NCBI GenBank assembly: GCA_965267575.1
Contig: OZ254086.1
Span: 3,808,001-3,872,000 of the forward strand
Length of the DNA: 64,000 nt
Reading direction: 5' to 3'
From: Calditrichales bacterium
Lineage (GTDB): Bacteria > Calditrichota > Calditrichia > Calditrichales > J004
Of this stretch, positions 36,616 to 46,209 are shown piece after piece. The translations under genes were made by a program, and so were the position numbers. Each line of letters starts with the position of its first letter. The first letter of the stretch is position 1. The notes beneath the pieces were generated by a model. That model did no database searches. It was not told where the DNA came from and saw only the letters and a list, made by a program, of their open reading frames with translations.

Positions 36616-38784
36616 ATGGCTTCCGTAAACGACATCATTCTGCGCCTGCGCGTGGATGATAAAGGTGTAGATGTTACCCTGGATGAATTTAGCGATAAGC
36701 TGAAGGAGGTGGACCGCCAGGGCACCAAAAGCGGTAAATCGATCGGTGATGTTTTTGGCAGCATCAAGGCCGGTTATTTTGCCGCCGCCGCCGCGTTAAC
36801 CGGCGTGCTGGGCGGCCTTAACCAGGCTATTAACAAAGCCAGCGATTTCCAGGAAGCCAGCAGCAAGTATCTTACCGTTTTCAGTACCGTGCAGGATGAA
36901 GCCAAAGCCGCGCGCGACGCCCTGGCCGAATATGGAAATATGTCGCTTCTGGCGGCCACGCAGGCGCTATCCGCAACGGGCGATATCCTTACCGGCCTGG
37001 GCATGCAGCAGGATGCCGCGCTGGAACTTTCCACCCAAACCAACACCCTGGCCGCCGACCTGGCCAGCTTTACCAACGCACAGGGCGGCGCCGAAGCCGT
37101 GGCCCATGCGCTGACCTCCGCCTATGTGGGCGAACGCGAAGCCCTTAAAACCTACGGCGTGGTGATCACCGAAGCAGACGTGCAGCAAAAGTTGTTCGAA
37201 AAAGGCATGGACAAGCTGACCGGCACCGCGCTGAAACAGGCCAAGGCACAGGTAACGCTGGAGCTGGCCATGCAGCAATCCAAAAACGCCATCGGTGACC
37301 TGGAGCGCACATCGGACAGCTACGCCAACACGCAGCGCCGCATGGGTGCCGCCATCGAAGATGCCAGTGTTAAGTTTGGCGCTATCTTTTTGCCTATCGC
37401 CACCAAGGTTCTGGAATGGGGCGCCAAATTGATTAATATGATCGATATTGAACAGGTGTCTGCCGCATTGTTTGCAACCTTCCAGGTGTTTAAGGATTTT
37501 GGCAGCCGCATCATCGACCTGTTCCAGGGCATCGGCAAAATTATCGCCGGCGTGGTAACGCTGGACACAAGCCTGATTTCGGAAGGCTGGGAGCAGGCCG
37601 CCGATGGTATCAGCCGCAGCTGGAGCAAAACATTTATGGACATCGGGCAGGCCGCCCAGGAAGGTGAGCGCGCGGTAACCGAATTTATGGAAGGCAGCGC
37701 CGCCGTGGCCGGGCAGACCGCCGCCCAGATGCAGCAGGCAGAGGATGGTAAAACCAAGCAGCAACTGGCCGAAATTGAAAAGCGCCGCGAAGCCCAGCAG
37801 AAATACCAGGATTACCAGTTTGAGACCGGGCGAATCTCTTTGGAAGAATACAAAGCCCACCTGGATGAGCGCATAGAGCATGCCCGTGAAGAGTATGGCG
37901 AAGAGTCGCTAGCCTATCTGGAAGCTTTGGACTTTAAGCGCGACGCCGAGGCTGAGTATCTGGAGGAGATTAAAGAGCGCGAAGAGCAGGAGCGTGAAAA
38001 AAAGCTGGAAGAGCGCGAGATGTTTTATGAATATGAAGTGGCCCGCACCGAATTTCTTTTAAGCCAAAATCGCGGGCGCACAACGGATGTTATTAATGCG
38101 CTTAACAACCAGCTGGCTTTTGCCCGCAAAACTTACGGACAGGAAAGTCTGATCGTACAAAAGCTGGAAGCAAAAAAACGGGCCTTACGCCAACAAAGTT
38201 TTGACCATTTTCTCGGAGGTATGGCCCAGTTGATGAACGCCTACAAAGGCCAAAGCCGCGCGCTATTTAATATTGGTAAAGCGGCAGCGATAGCCCAGGC
38301 GGTTGTAAACACCGCCGAAGGTGTAACAAAAGCCATTTCCAAATACCCGCCACCATTCAGCGGATTAATGGCTGCGGTACAGTTGGCCCTTGGTGCCGCG
38401 CAAATCCAAACCATTAAGTCCACCAGCTTTAGGCGGGGCGGCTTTACCGGACGTGGCGCAGACGATGAAGAGGCCGGTACCGTACACCGTAATGAGTTTG
38501 TGGCCAACGCCAACCAGGTGCGGCGCTTTCCCGGGTTGTTTAATGTTTTAGACGCCGACCGCCGCGGTGTGAAAATCCCGGGCGTAAATACAGCCACTGA
38601 AACGGGCCCGCAAATTGTACAACGTATTGTCAATCAGGAAAACACCAGCTCGCGCATGATGGATGAGTTGCGACAATTGCGGGATACGATAAGCGGGCTA
38701 AGCCTGAAGGCGGACATTGATGACCAGCGCATGGCATTGCTTGTGGAAAACGGAAATAAGAAGCTGGCTTTAAGGGAGATATAA
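36616..38784 (+). CDS. Tape measure protein
   Basis: Ala-rich helical; LAADLASFTN, GEREALK.YG, GDLERTSDSYAN, GGFTG..AGTVH.NEFV. Confidence 0.9.
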   Translation: MASVNDIILRLRVDDKGVDVTLDEFSDKLKEVDRQGTKSGKSIGDVFGSIKAGYFAAAAALTGVLGGLNQAINKASDFQEASSKYLTVFSTVQDEAKAARDALAEYGNMSLLAATQALSATGDILTGLGMQQDAALELSTQTNTLAADLASFTNAQGGAEAVAHALTSAYVGEREALKTYGVVITEADVQQKLFEKGMDKLTGTALKQAKAQVTLELAMQQSKNAIGDLERTSDSYANTQRRMGAAIEDASVKFGAIFLPIATKVLEWGAKLINMIDIEQVSAALFATFQVFKDFGSRIIDLFQGIGKIIAGVVTLDTSLISEGWEQAADGISRSWSKTFMDIGQAAQEGERAVTEFMEGSAAVAGQTAAQMQQAEDGKTKQQLAEIEKRREAQQKYQDYQFETGRISLEEYKAHLDERIEHAREEYGEESLAYLEALDFKRDAEAEYLEEIKEREEQEREKKLEEREMFYEYEVARTEFLLSQNRGRTTDVINALNNQLAFARKTYGQESLIVQKLEAKKRALRQQSFDHFLGGMAQLMNAYKGQSRALFNIGKAAAIAQAVVNTAEGVTKAISKYPPPFSGLMAAVQLALGAAQIQTIKSTSFRRGGFTGRGADDEEAGTVHRNEFVANANQVRRFPGLFNVLDADRRGVKIPGVNTATETGPQIVQRIVNQENTSSRMMDELRQLRDTISGLSLKADIDDQRMALLVENGNKKLALREI

Positions 38785-38785
38785 A

Positions 38786-40237
38786 GTGGCCGATAAAACC
38801 TTTTGGTTTCCCAGCCAAAGCGGTAGCTACAACCTGCCCACCGGTAAAACCCTGCAGATAAAAATTTACTACAGCAACGCCAGCACGGTAAACGTGGACA
38901 CCGACACCCTATTGGAAGACCTGGACAGGCTGGAATTTCCTTTTGAGATTGCCGCAGATAAAAACTTCCGGCTTGCCCGCTGGAAATTTAGCTTTTTAAA
39001 TATTGATGACGTATTTGAAAATGAAGATATCATTCTTAACTCCAAGCGCAATGAAACGTTCATGGATGTGCTGGTGGATGGCTTACTTTTTTGGCGCGGG
39101 CTGGTGCTGCACAACCTCTATCACAAAACTGACTGGTATGATTCGGGCGGTGGCACGCTTAAATACCGCGTGGCGAAAATTGAAGCCGTGGATCCTATTA
39201 AATACTTCTGGCTTAACGATGCCGACCTGAGTGATTACAGCTACAGCGAAGGCATGAATCTTTCCACCCTTTTAGATAATATTTTTGCCGACATCGGCTT
39301 TAGCGCTGCCAATGTAATATTAGATCCCAATATTGGCTTTGATGAGAACGCCGGCACCAGTTATGATATTGAAGATTTCCTGTTGTACGATATGGACAGC
39401 AGCATGCAGGTAAGCACCTTTTTGAGCCATGTTATAAATGATCTGGGTGCGTTCATCTTTAACCTGGACGGTAAGCTTTATGTCACCAGCAGGATAGGCG
39501 GAAGCACCGTTAATATAAACAGTGACGATATACAGGAATTGGATAAAGCGCAAAACGTTGATTATGTGGATTACATAGAGGTAAAGGCTACAAAGGACTG
39601 GAGCTACCTGAGCGACATCGGTTCGCATGAGCACAGCCATACGGCCGGAAGCAGCGCAAATAACAGCAAAAACTACTCAGTGGACGGCACAGGCTTTCTG
39701 GATAATATCTGGATTGAGCCGGGCGGTAGTAATTACTTTGGCAGCTGCGGCACCACAACGCCCACAGATGGCGACACCGACCAGCTTGAAGACACATCGG
39801 AAAACTTTTACAGCGAGAACATTGAGACAGGGATGATTGTCGAATACAACTGCGCGGGCGGTTCACCGGCAAGCTTTAGCCCAATTACCGATGTTTTGTA
39901 TGACGCTATTCTGGTTCTTAATATTGTCTATTTTATTACCAATACAACGGTGGATACGGGTAAAGATTACCGCATATTCAGGGAATATACCCTTGCGGCC
40001 GCAACGGCGCTTAGCGGAGTTTTTAAAATAGAGATATTATGCGCCACGGCCAAAGATGTTTATAATGAATTCTTCCGTACGAGCCCCGAGCTTTTGCGGG
40101 TAAAGCTGCGCGACATCGATACTTATAAAGACATTCGGAAAAAGTTTGTATTTGACAGCACCAACCACCGCGTACGCAAATGCTCTTTTGACCTGCTAAC
40201 CGATTCCTTTCTTGCTGAAATGGTGGAGGTGTCATGA
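38786..40237 (+). CDS. Tail tip / baseplate hub protein
   Basis: Acidic beta-rich protein directly after the tape measure gene. Confidence 0.6.
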   Translation: MADKTFWFPSQSGSYNLPTGKTLQIKIYYSNASTVNVDTDTLLEDLDRLEFPFEIAADKNFRLARWKFSFLNIDDVFENEDIILNSKRNETFMDVLVDGLLFWRGLVLHNLYHKTDWYDSGGGTLKYRVAKIEAVDPIKYFWLNDADLSDYSYSEGMNLSTLLDNIFADIGFSAANVILDPNIGFDENAGTSYDIEDFLLYDMDSSMQVSTFLSHVINDLGAFIFNLDGKLYVTSRIGGSTVNINSDDIQELDKAQNVDYVDYIEVKATKDWSYLSDIGSHEHSHTAGSSANNSKNYSVDGTGFLDNIWIEPGGSNYFGSCGTTTPTDGDTDQLEDTSENFYSENIETGMIVEYNCAGGSPASFSPITDVLYDAILVLNIVYFITNTTVDTGKDYRIFREYTLAAATALSGVFKIEILCATAKDVYNEFFRTSPELLRVKLRDIDTYKDIRKKFVFDSTNHRVRKCSFDLLTDSFLAEMVEVS

Positions 40238-40318
40238 TAAATAACGGCGCAATTTATAATTGCGGATTATAAAGTTATCATTTATAATCGTAACAGGATG
40301 AACAACGGAGGCATAGCA

Positions 40319-40894
40319 ATGCGCTATTTTATTTTTGTACTACTACCCCTTACGGTCTTAGCCGATGATATTCACTACAAAAACGGCTGCATCGTAACAA
40401 ACCTTACCATAAAGGACAGCACCGGCGCTTTTTATCAGGCAGAGACGACGCAGGGCAAACCCATGGGCATCAAAAAAAGTCTGGTGGATCGTGTTATTTC
40501 TGCGCCCGTTGATGGACCAACGCGCGTAATTAACTGCCCCGAGATACAGAGCAGCCAACACGAAAAGCCGCAACTTAACGCAACCGGCCAGCAGATTAAA
40601 TTTAATATTACCGCACTAGCAACAGCAGTGGGCTTTTCTGTTTTAGCCTACGACAGTTTTAAGGATGCCGGACAATATGAGAAGCAGATTGATTACTACC
40701 GCAGCTATAACGATCTGGTGGGGACGGAATCAGAATACTACTATGACACCTCCGGCCTTGTGGAAGAGCGCGATCGTAAAAAGCTGATGGGCTTTTTGTT
40801 TATTGCGGTGGCGGTTTTTAACGGCATTAATGCCTGGGAAACGGTGCAGGTTTCGGCCAGCTCCAATAGTTTAAACTTGACTTTACACCTGTAA
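40319..40894 (+). CDS. Exported/membrane hypothetical protein (moron-like)
   Basis: ggagg RBS; signal peptide, DDIHYKNG, two hydrophobic segments. Confidence 0.65.
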   Translation: MRYFIFVLLPLTVLADDIHYKNGCIVTNLTIKDSTGAFYQAETTQGKPMGIKKSLVDRVISAPVDGPTRVINCPEIQSSQHEKPQLNATGQQIKFNITALATAVGFSVLAYDSFKDAGQYEKQIDYYRSYNDLVGTESEYYYDTSGLVEERDRKKLMGFLFIAVAVFNGINAWETVQVSASSNSLNLTLHL

Positions 40895-40914
40895 AAAGGC
40901 AACAGTAAACTGAA

Positions 40915-41019
40915 ATGAATAACGGATGGGAGTGGTGGCATTATCTTGTGGTGATCGCGGCCTGGTTTATCGGTGCATGGCTGATTGATCGCGGCGTGCA
41001 TTCGCATAAGAAAAAGTAA
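40915..41019 (+). CDS. Small single-TM protein (34 aa)
   Basis: MNNGWEWWHYLVVIAAWFIGAWLIDRGVHSHKKK. Confidence 0.4.
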   Translation: MNNGWEWWHYLVVIAAWFIGAWLIDRGVHSHKKK

Positions 41020-41030
41020 CACCCGGATAT

Positions 41031-41144
41031 TTGTTTTTAGCACAAGAATGGCTTAATATTAGATAACACATATAACTGTTAGTCAACCGTTTTAATGAAG
41101 CGGAGATTCAGGACGTACGGCGTCCGGGTCTCCGCTTTTTTTTT
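41031..41144 (+). promoter_or_regulatory. Late promoter-leader-terminator unit 3
   Basis: TTGTTT-17-TAATAT; TCAACCG box; AAGCGGAGA...TCTCCGCTT stem plus T run. Confidence 0.75.
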
Positions 41145-41167
41145 GCACCAAAACAGGAGGTGTACAG

Positions 41168-41602
41168 ATGAGAAAGTTCACGTATGCGTTAACCATTATG
41201 CTGCTTATGGCCTTTAGCGCCATGGCGCAGAACGCGCAATCCTACCCCGATGATGATATCGGTTTCCAGCCCAAGCTGTTTGAAACGGGGCTGGCCAAAT
41301 TCTACGGCGACGGCCGCATTGTTCATGGCGATTTGTTCTTTGGCGTAGCCTACAAAACGCCCAAAAATATTATCTACCCGCAAGCCGGTCTTTCCGGAAA
41401 CATCTTTTTTGATAGCAGCAGCGACAACACCGAAGGCCGCGTCGCATTCAATTTAGGCTTTGGCTTTTGGGATCTGTTCTACGTGGGCGGCTTTTACGAT
41501 TTCTGGCAATCGGGAACGGGCTGGCAGGGCCCAAAAGATTACGACACCGGTCTGACGATTAACGTGGATCTGGGGGCGCTTAAAGACCTGGCCGGTTTGT
41601 AA
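41168..41602 (+). CDS. Exported protein, possible small outer-membrane beta-barrel
   Basis: Signal peptide MRKF...SAMA-Q; amphipathic aromatic beta-strands. Confidence 0.65.
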   Translation: MRKFTYALTIMLLMAFSAMAQNAQSYPDDDIGFQPKLFETGLAKFYGDGRIVHGDLFFGVAYKTPKNIIYPQAGLSGNIFFDSSSDNTEGRVAFNLGFGFWDLFYVGGFYDFWQSGTGWQGPKDYDTGLTINVDLGALKDLAGL

Positions 41603-41676
41603 AAATTTTAGGCGTGCATGCCGGAAGGGTCGCCTCCACCCCGACGGCATTCGCGCCGCTTTTAAGGAGTACTATT

Positions 41677-41925
41677 ATGTTTGAAGCATTTTTGCCTTAC
41701 CTGGGCGCGTTTATCTTGGCGCCGGCGCTTTTGTGGGTGGCCGGTAAGTACATCCCCAACAACAAGCTGGCGGTGTGGGGTGTTAAGCATGGCCGGGCCA
41801 TCAGCCGCAAAGCATCGGCCACCGCTTTGGGTAAAGACGCCTGGGAGAAAATAGAAGACACCTTTTTGGGTGGCCTTGTGGCCTATGTAACCGCCCTGAA
41901 AAAAGGCGCGGACATGGACGACTGA
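41677..41925 (+). CDS. Small membrane protein (holin candidate)
   Basis: aggag RBS; N-terminal TM helix, charged C-terminus. Confidence 0.55.
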   Translation: MFEAFLPYLGAFILAPALLWVAGKYIPNNKLAVWGVKHGRAISRKASATALGKDAWEKIEDTFLGGLVAYVTALKKGADMDD

Positions 41926-41937
41926 CAGGAGACAACG

Positions 41938-42342
41938 ATGGCAAATGTTTTTGATGACGGTTCCGGAAACCGCAGCGCGTCGGCCACACTGGGCGGCGGC
42001 AGCAGCGAAGAAGACGGGCACCAGTTCACCGGGCTGAGCAAAGTTTCCGACAGGGTTATGTTTTTTGATTACGACTTTGGCGGCAATGCCGGCAGCTTTG
42101 CCGTGCAGTTCCGTTACCACAACGGCGTGGCCTGGGGCCCGTGGCACTATTGCTATTACCGCAACAGCAGCGACGAGCGCACAAAAACCTACAACAGCAG
42201 CGCTGGCGACACCGGCAAAGCGCAGATCAACCTGAGCAGCCAGGACTTTTATGTTGCCGATGGCATGAAAGGCTTCCAGTTCCGCATCAAGCGCGAATCG
42301 GGTAGCGATGATATCACCCTGACCAACGGGGTTGTGGTATGA
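41938..42342 (+). CDS. Phage beta-rich structural-like protein
   Basis: aggag RBS; G/S/T-rich, GFQFRIKR. Confidence 0.65.
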   Translation: MANVFDDGSGNRSASATLGGGSSEEDGHQFTGLSKVSDRVMFFDYDFGGNAGSFAVQFRYHNGVAWGPWHYCYYRNSSDERTKTYNSSAGDTGKAQINLSSQDFYVADGMKGFQFRIKRESGSDDITLTNGVVV

Positions 42343-44402
42343 AGCGCGCCCTATTGCTGGTATTACTTTTTGCAAGTATTACTTTTTCCCAGCGCATCGA
42401 GCGCCCCAGCCAGATCCGGCCTTCGGTTATACGCGGCGAACACCTTGCCGACACCACACTCACTTGGTCCAAAACCAGCGCGGCGTTTAAGGATAGCGCG
42501 CGTGTGCATAAGATAGCCGGGAACTTGTACGAAGTAGCTAAAAGCGGCAGGGCTTATACAACCGTTGCCAGCGCCATAAGCGCCGCAAGTGCCGGGGATG
42601 TGGTGTATCTGCATCCTGGTTATTACAGTGAGAATATAACCCTTGCCGATGGCGTGAACCTGGTTGGCGCAGGAACGGACAGCGTGACCATTGCCGGAAG
42701 CGTAACAACGGCAGGACGAAATCAGATTATAGGCGTTAAGATGGGAACGCTTACCGTGGGCACGGGCGATACGGTGACGGTTAAGAATAGCAAGATATAT
42801 AAGAGTGGCACGTATACGCTGACGATGAGCGCGGGAGAAGTTGATCTCGAAAATGTGGACTTTGTATTTAATACGTCCGAGCCGAGCATGAATATTAGCG
42901 GGGGTACGTTGCGCATAAATGGCGGAAAAGTGTACGGCCAAAAAATTGCGGCCAGTGCCGGAACAATATTAATTAACAACGCCGATTGGACGTTTGTGAC
43001 TTCGGGGAATTACGCATGGGAGATAACAGGCACGGCTACGGTTAAGGTGGAAAACAGCAAGATGCTGCCCGTAGACTCTAACAATGATTATAGTGTTACA
43101 TCGGGCATAATAGATATCGAAGTTGAGAACACGGCACGGCTTGAAATACGGAACACGCGCTATGACCAGGCTGTGACGCTGGATGACAGCGCTAAGTTTT
43201 ACGCCGACGACTGGACGGCTAAGTACATGGGGCGTATTGGCACAGCAGGCACGGCAACCAATCAGTGCAGCCTTATAGTGCGCAATAGCAATCTGCACAT
43301 GGACAATGGCTTTCAAAGTGGGAGCCATATAATTGAATCGAGCAGTGGCAGTGCGGCAGTTGTGGACATTGCAAACAGTACGCTCGAATATATGGGGGAT
43401 CAGGGCGAGTATCCGATGGTTGGCAGCCTCTCGGCTGGCGGCGGTCAGCAAATTTGGACAGATGTATTATTAATAGATCATGGTGGCGCTGCCGGTGGTT
43501 ATACCATTAGTTGTTACAGCATGGAAGATGCGCTGTTGAAAAATGTCACATTTATAAGCGCGGATACGACCGTTGGAAAAACACAGCGCGCCTTTGGATG
43601 GAACACCGCTAATACATTTACGAAGTTTATAGCAAGCAATCTGAGAATATATTTTTTGCATGGCTACGAAAGCGAACGGGAAGGGTTTTTAGTAACGACC
43701 ACATCGAGAAGAATTAAGTCAACAGATAATATATTTATTGATTTGGATATTGTGGGCAGTTCCTTGACTTACGGTACATCTAATATGACGGAAGCGGCCT
43801 TTATTGATACGCTTAAGTTGGCCGCAGCAAATATAACTGATTGGGGTGAAATACGCCGGTGGCAGGATGTCTATTATTACAATGATTTAACCATTGACAG
43901 TTCGTTGACTGTCAACAACAACGCAACGCTTTTGGGAACGTTTGCGGCAGCAGGGCCACGCCATAATCAGTTTTCGCAGGCTAAGGATAATGTGATTTTG
44001 AGCTATGGGAAAGACACGCTTGTTACAACCATTGCCGCAGGTGATTCAGCCATAGTGCAGGTTAATTATCAACACTCCCCGTCATATAGGGGAAATTGGG
44101 CAGATATAGAAATACACTATAAGGTTAACAGGGATAGCGACTGGCGTTTTTCGTTAATTGGTAAAGTGGAAATATATCAGCTAACGTCGTCAATCAACAA
44201 CACAAATTCCACGCTTGTAAATACTGTGCTATTTGAGCCTGGCTCGTATCTGATTACAGACCCGGTAATAGAGCATGAAAGCAATACTAATAATTATTAT
44301 CAATTTAAGGTGCGTAATGATAATGCGTATTCGCTTAATTTATATTTATGGATGAAACCGAGTTTAAATGTTGATCCTTCCGATCCTTTTAGCTTTCAAT
44401 AA
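42339..44402 (+). CDS. Tailspike-like pectin-lyase-fold beta-helix protein with signal peptide
   Basis: YTTVASAISAASAGDVVYLHPGYYSENITL..GVNLVG beta-helix cap; MKRALLLVLLFASITFS-Q N-terminus. Confidence 0.75.
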   Translation: MKRALLLVLLFASITFSQRIERPSQIRPSVIRGEHLADTTLTWSKTSAAFKDSARVHKIAGNLYEVAKSGRAYTTVASAISAASAGDVVYLHPGYYSENITLADGVNLVGAGTDSVTIAGSVTTAGRNQIIGVKMGTLTVGTGDTVTVKNSKIYKSGTYTLTMSAGEVDLENVDFVFNTSEPSMNISGGTLRINGGKVYGQKIAASAGTILINNADWTFVTSGNYAWEITGTATVKVENSKMLPVDSNNDYSVTSGIIDIEVENTARLEIRNTRYDQAVTLDDSAKFYADDWTAKYMGRIGTAGTATNQCSLIVRNSNLHMDNGFQSGSHIIESSSGSAAVVDIANSTLEYMGDQGEYPMVGSLSAGGGQQIWTDVLLIDHGGAAGGYTISCYSMEDALLKNVTFISADTTVGKTQRAFGWNTANTFTKFIASNLRIYFLHGYESEREGFLVTTTSRRIKSTDNIFIDLDIVGSSLTYGTSNMTEAAFIDTLKLAAANITDWGEIRRWQDVYYYNDLTIDSSLTVNNNATLLGTFAAAGPRHNQFSQAKDNVILSYGKDTLVTTIAAGDSAIVQVNYQHSPSYRGNWADIEIHYKVNRDSDWRFSLIGKVEIYQLTSSINNTNSTLVNTVLFEPGSYLITDPVIEHESNTNNYYQFKVRNDNAYSLNLYLWMKPSLNVDPSDPFSFQ

Positions 44403-44416
44403 AGGTGGGTAAAAAT

Positions 44417-45205
44417 ATGAAAAATATACTGTTTGTTTTGATATTGGCTGCCTTGACCTATACACAGACCATGCCAACGGGCTATGTTGAGTGGTGGCAA
44501 CAAGGCTCCGGGATCACTGGCAATGTTACAGGCTGGACGGGCGTTAATGGGAAAACGTTTGATTCTGTTTCAAACGTGACATTGGATGGCGACACTCTTG
44601 AATTTTCCGGTACATCATCATATATGCAGATGAGTAGTTATGATAGTGATTTTGACCCTGGTACGGGTAACTTCACAGTAGCGGTGCAGTATAGATACAA
44701 TTACGATGCCAATAATAATATGGGGATATTTTCCCAGAAGCGTAATGCAACACAGAGTTCAACCGCATATTCCGGCTATGCGCTAAGGCAATATCTGTCA
44801 GGAAGAGTAATTTTGTATTTACAGGCAAGCGATGCCGCCGCCAAAAATGCAAGCTACGCATCACCAGTATCAGGCTTAACGTCAGGGCAAACTTATGTTT
44901 TTGTGTTCACGGTAAATCGGACAGCCAATACACTTGATTATTATGTTGGCGGCTCTGCTGTGGCTACAGATTATGATATATCTGGCTTAAGCGATGGGCC
45001 AATAGAAAGCAGCGTGTTGTATCCGTTGACGTTGGGCGCTTATAGCGATTTAAGCGCTCCTTATGATGGTGGGATTCTTGAGTTTGCATATTACAATCGA
45101 GAGCTTACCGCAGGCGAAGTTAGCACATTAACAACTGTCTTTGAAAGCGGGGAAGTTACGGACGAGCAGCGGGGGTTTAATCGAATTAACAGTTACAATC
45201 ATTAA
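44417..45205 (+). CDS. LamG/concanavalin-A-like domain protein with signal peptide
   Basis: LEFSGTSSY, NFTV, YYVGG, LTLGA, YDGGILEFAYYNRELTAGEV. Confidence 0.8.
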   Translation: MKNILFVLILAALTYTQTMPTGYVEWWQQGSGITGNVTGWTGVNGKTFDSVSNVTLDGDTLEFSGTSSYMQMSSYDSDFDPGTGNFTVAVQYRYNYDANNNMGIFSQKRNATQSSTAYSGYALRQYLSGRVILYLQASDAAAKNASYASPVSGLTSGQTYVFVFTVNRTANTLDYYVGGSAVATDYDISGLSDGPIESSVLYPLTLGAYSDLSAPYDGGILEFAYYNRELTAGEVSTLTTVFESGEVTDEQRGFNRINSYNH

Positions 45206-45216
45206 GGGATGCGACC

Positions 45217-45783
45217 ATGAAAACATTAACCATACTTTTGTTTTTGATTGCCGGTTTGCTGGCACAGGAGCCCTACTTTATCACCACGACAGACGTGGGC
45301 AACCGGGCAAAAGGCATCGGCTACAGCGCGTCCAGTTCGGACAGCGTTTTCTTTAACTCCGACACCATGTGGATCGCCGGGGATGATTCCATTGAGGTGT
45401 ACCTGCCCATAAAAAACACGCTGGGCATGATACGCATCAAAGGGACGGTAACGGGCACGACCTGGCTAAAGACAGCGCGCCACGGCGTGGCCAGTGAACG
45501 CGGTGGCTATGACGGCAACGGCTCACTGGTAGTTAAACATGCCGTGCACAGCGGCAATGCCGCCGGCGCCAACAGCGACATCACATCCACCTACACCAGT
45601 CTGGGCACGGTAACGCTCACATCCAGCGCCAGCGACAGTACGGAAGGATTCAGCTACTGGCCGCTAAAAGATGTTACGGATCTGAAAGACCAGGCCAGCG
45701 CTTACTGGAGCATCCGTTTTGTGGGCGCGGCAAGCAAACTGCAGGGTGTGTGGCTGCAACTGGAATACATACCGGCAAATTAG
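45217..45783 (+). CDS. Exported beta-rich protein
   Basis: MKTLTILLFLIAGLLA-Q signal peptide. Confidence 0.65.
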   Translation: MKTLTILLFLIAGLLAQEPYFITTTDVGNRAKGIGYSASSSDSVFFNSDTMWIAGDDSIEVYLPIKNTLGMIRIKGTVTGTTWLKTARHGVASERGGYDGNGSLVVKHAVHSGNAAGANSDITSTYTSLGTVTLTSSASDSTEGFSYWPLKDVTDLKDQASAYWSIRFVGAASKLQGVWLQLEYIPAN

Positions 45784-45796
45784 CAGGAAAGTACCC

Positions 45797-46186
45797 ATGC
45801 CCCGTGTTACCATCAAAGACATCAACCAGCGTGTGGATGAATTGGAGGGTAAGGTGACCGCCGAGCTGAACACCATTAACCAGCGGGTGGATGCCAATTA
45901 TAAAGTATTGGACCAGTTCATCCAGAAAGTGAACGAGCTGAACAACACGCAAAAACAGGTTGATGACATCCACGCCACGCTGCACCGCAACGGCCTGGTG
46001 CCGATGGTGTATGAATCGGCCAAGTATATTACGGAGCAACGCGAAAAAAGCAAAAGCAAGCGTGAACGGATTCGTAAAATTTTTGACCGCACAATGGTGT
46101 GGCTGTTCCGGCTGATGGTGATCTACTTTTTTAGCCGATGGGCGGGGATCAGCATGGAGACGTTAAAGGGTTTTATGCCCTTTTAA
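45797..46186 (+). CDS. Coiled-coil protein with C-terminal TM (holin/lysis-module candidate)
   Basis: Heptad repeats followed by a hydrophobic C-terminus. Confidence 0.55.
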   Translation: MPRVTIKDINQRVDELEGKVTAELNTINQRVDANYKVLDQFIQKVNELNNTQKQVDDIHATLHRNGLVPMVYESAKYITEQREKSKSKRERIRKIFDRTMVWLFRLMVIYFFSRWAGISMETLKGFMPF

Positions 46187-46209
46187 AGTATCACCAGGTT
46201 GGTGGGCTA

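Noticed and set aside
40247..40278. TAAC...GTTA with an inner AT hairpin before the 40319 gene as another cassette site
   Set aside because: Short and AT-only, lacks the bulge pattern, and I found no complementary end or fixed site downstream.
42339..45205. Diversity-generating retroelement or invertible fibre locus
   Set aside because: No reverse transcriptase, template/variable repeat pair or flanking inverted repeats seen.
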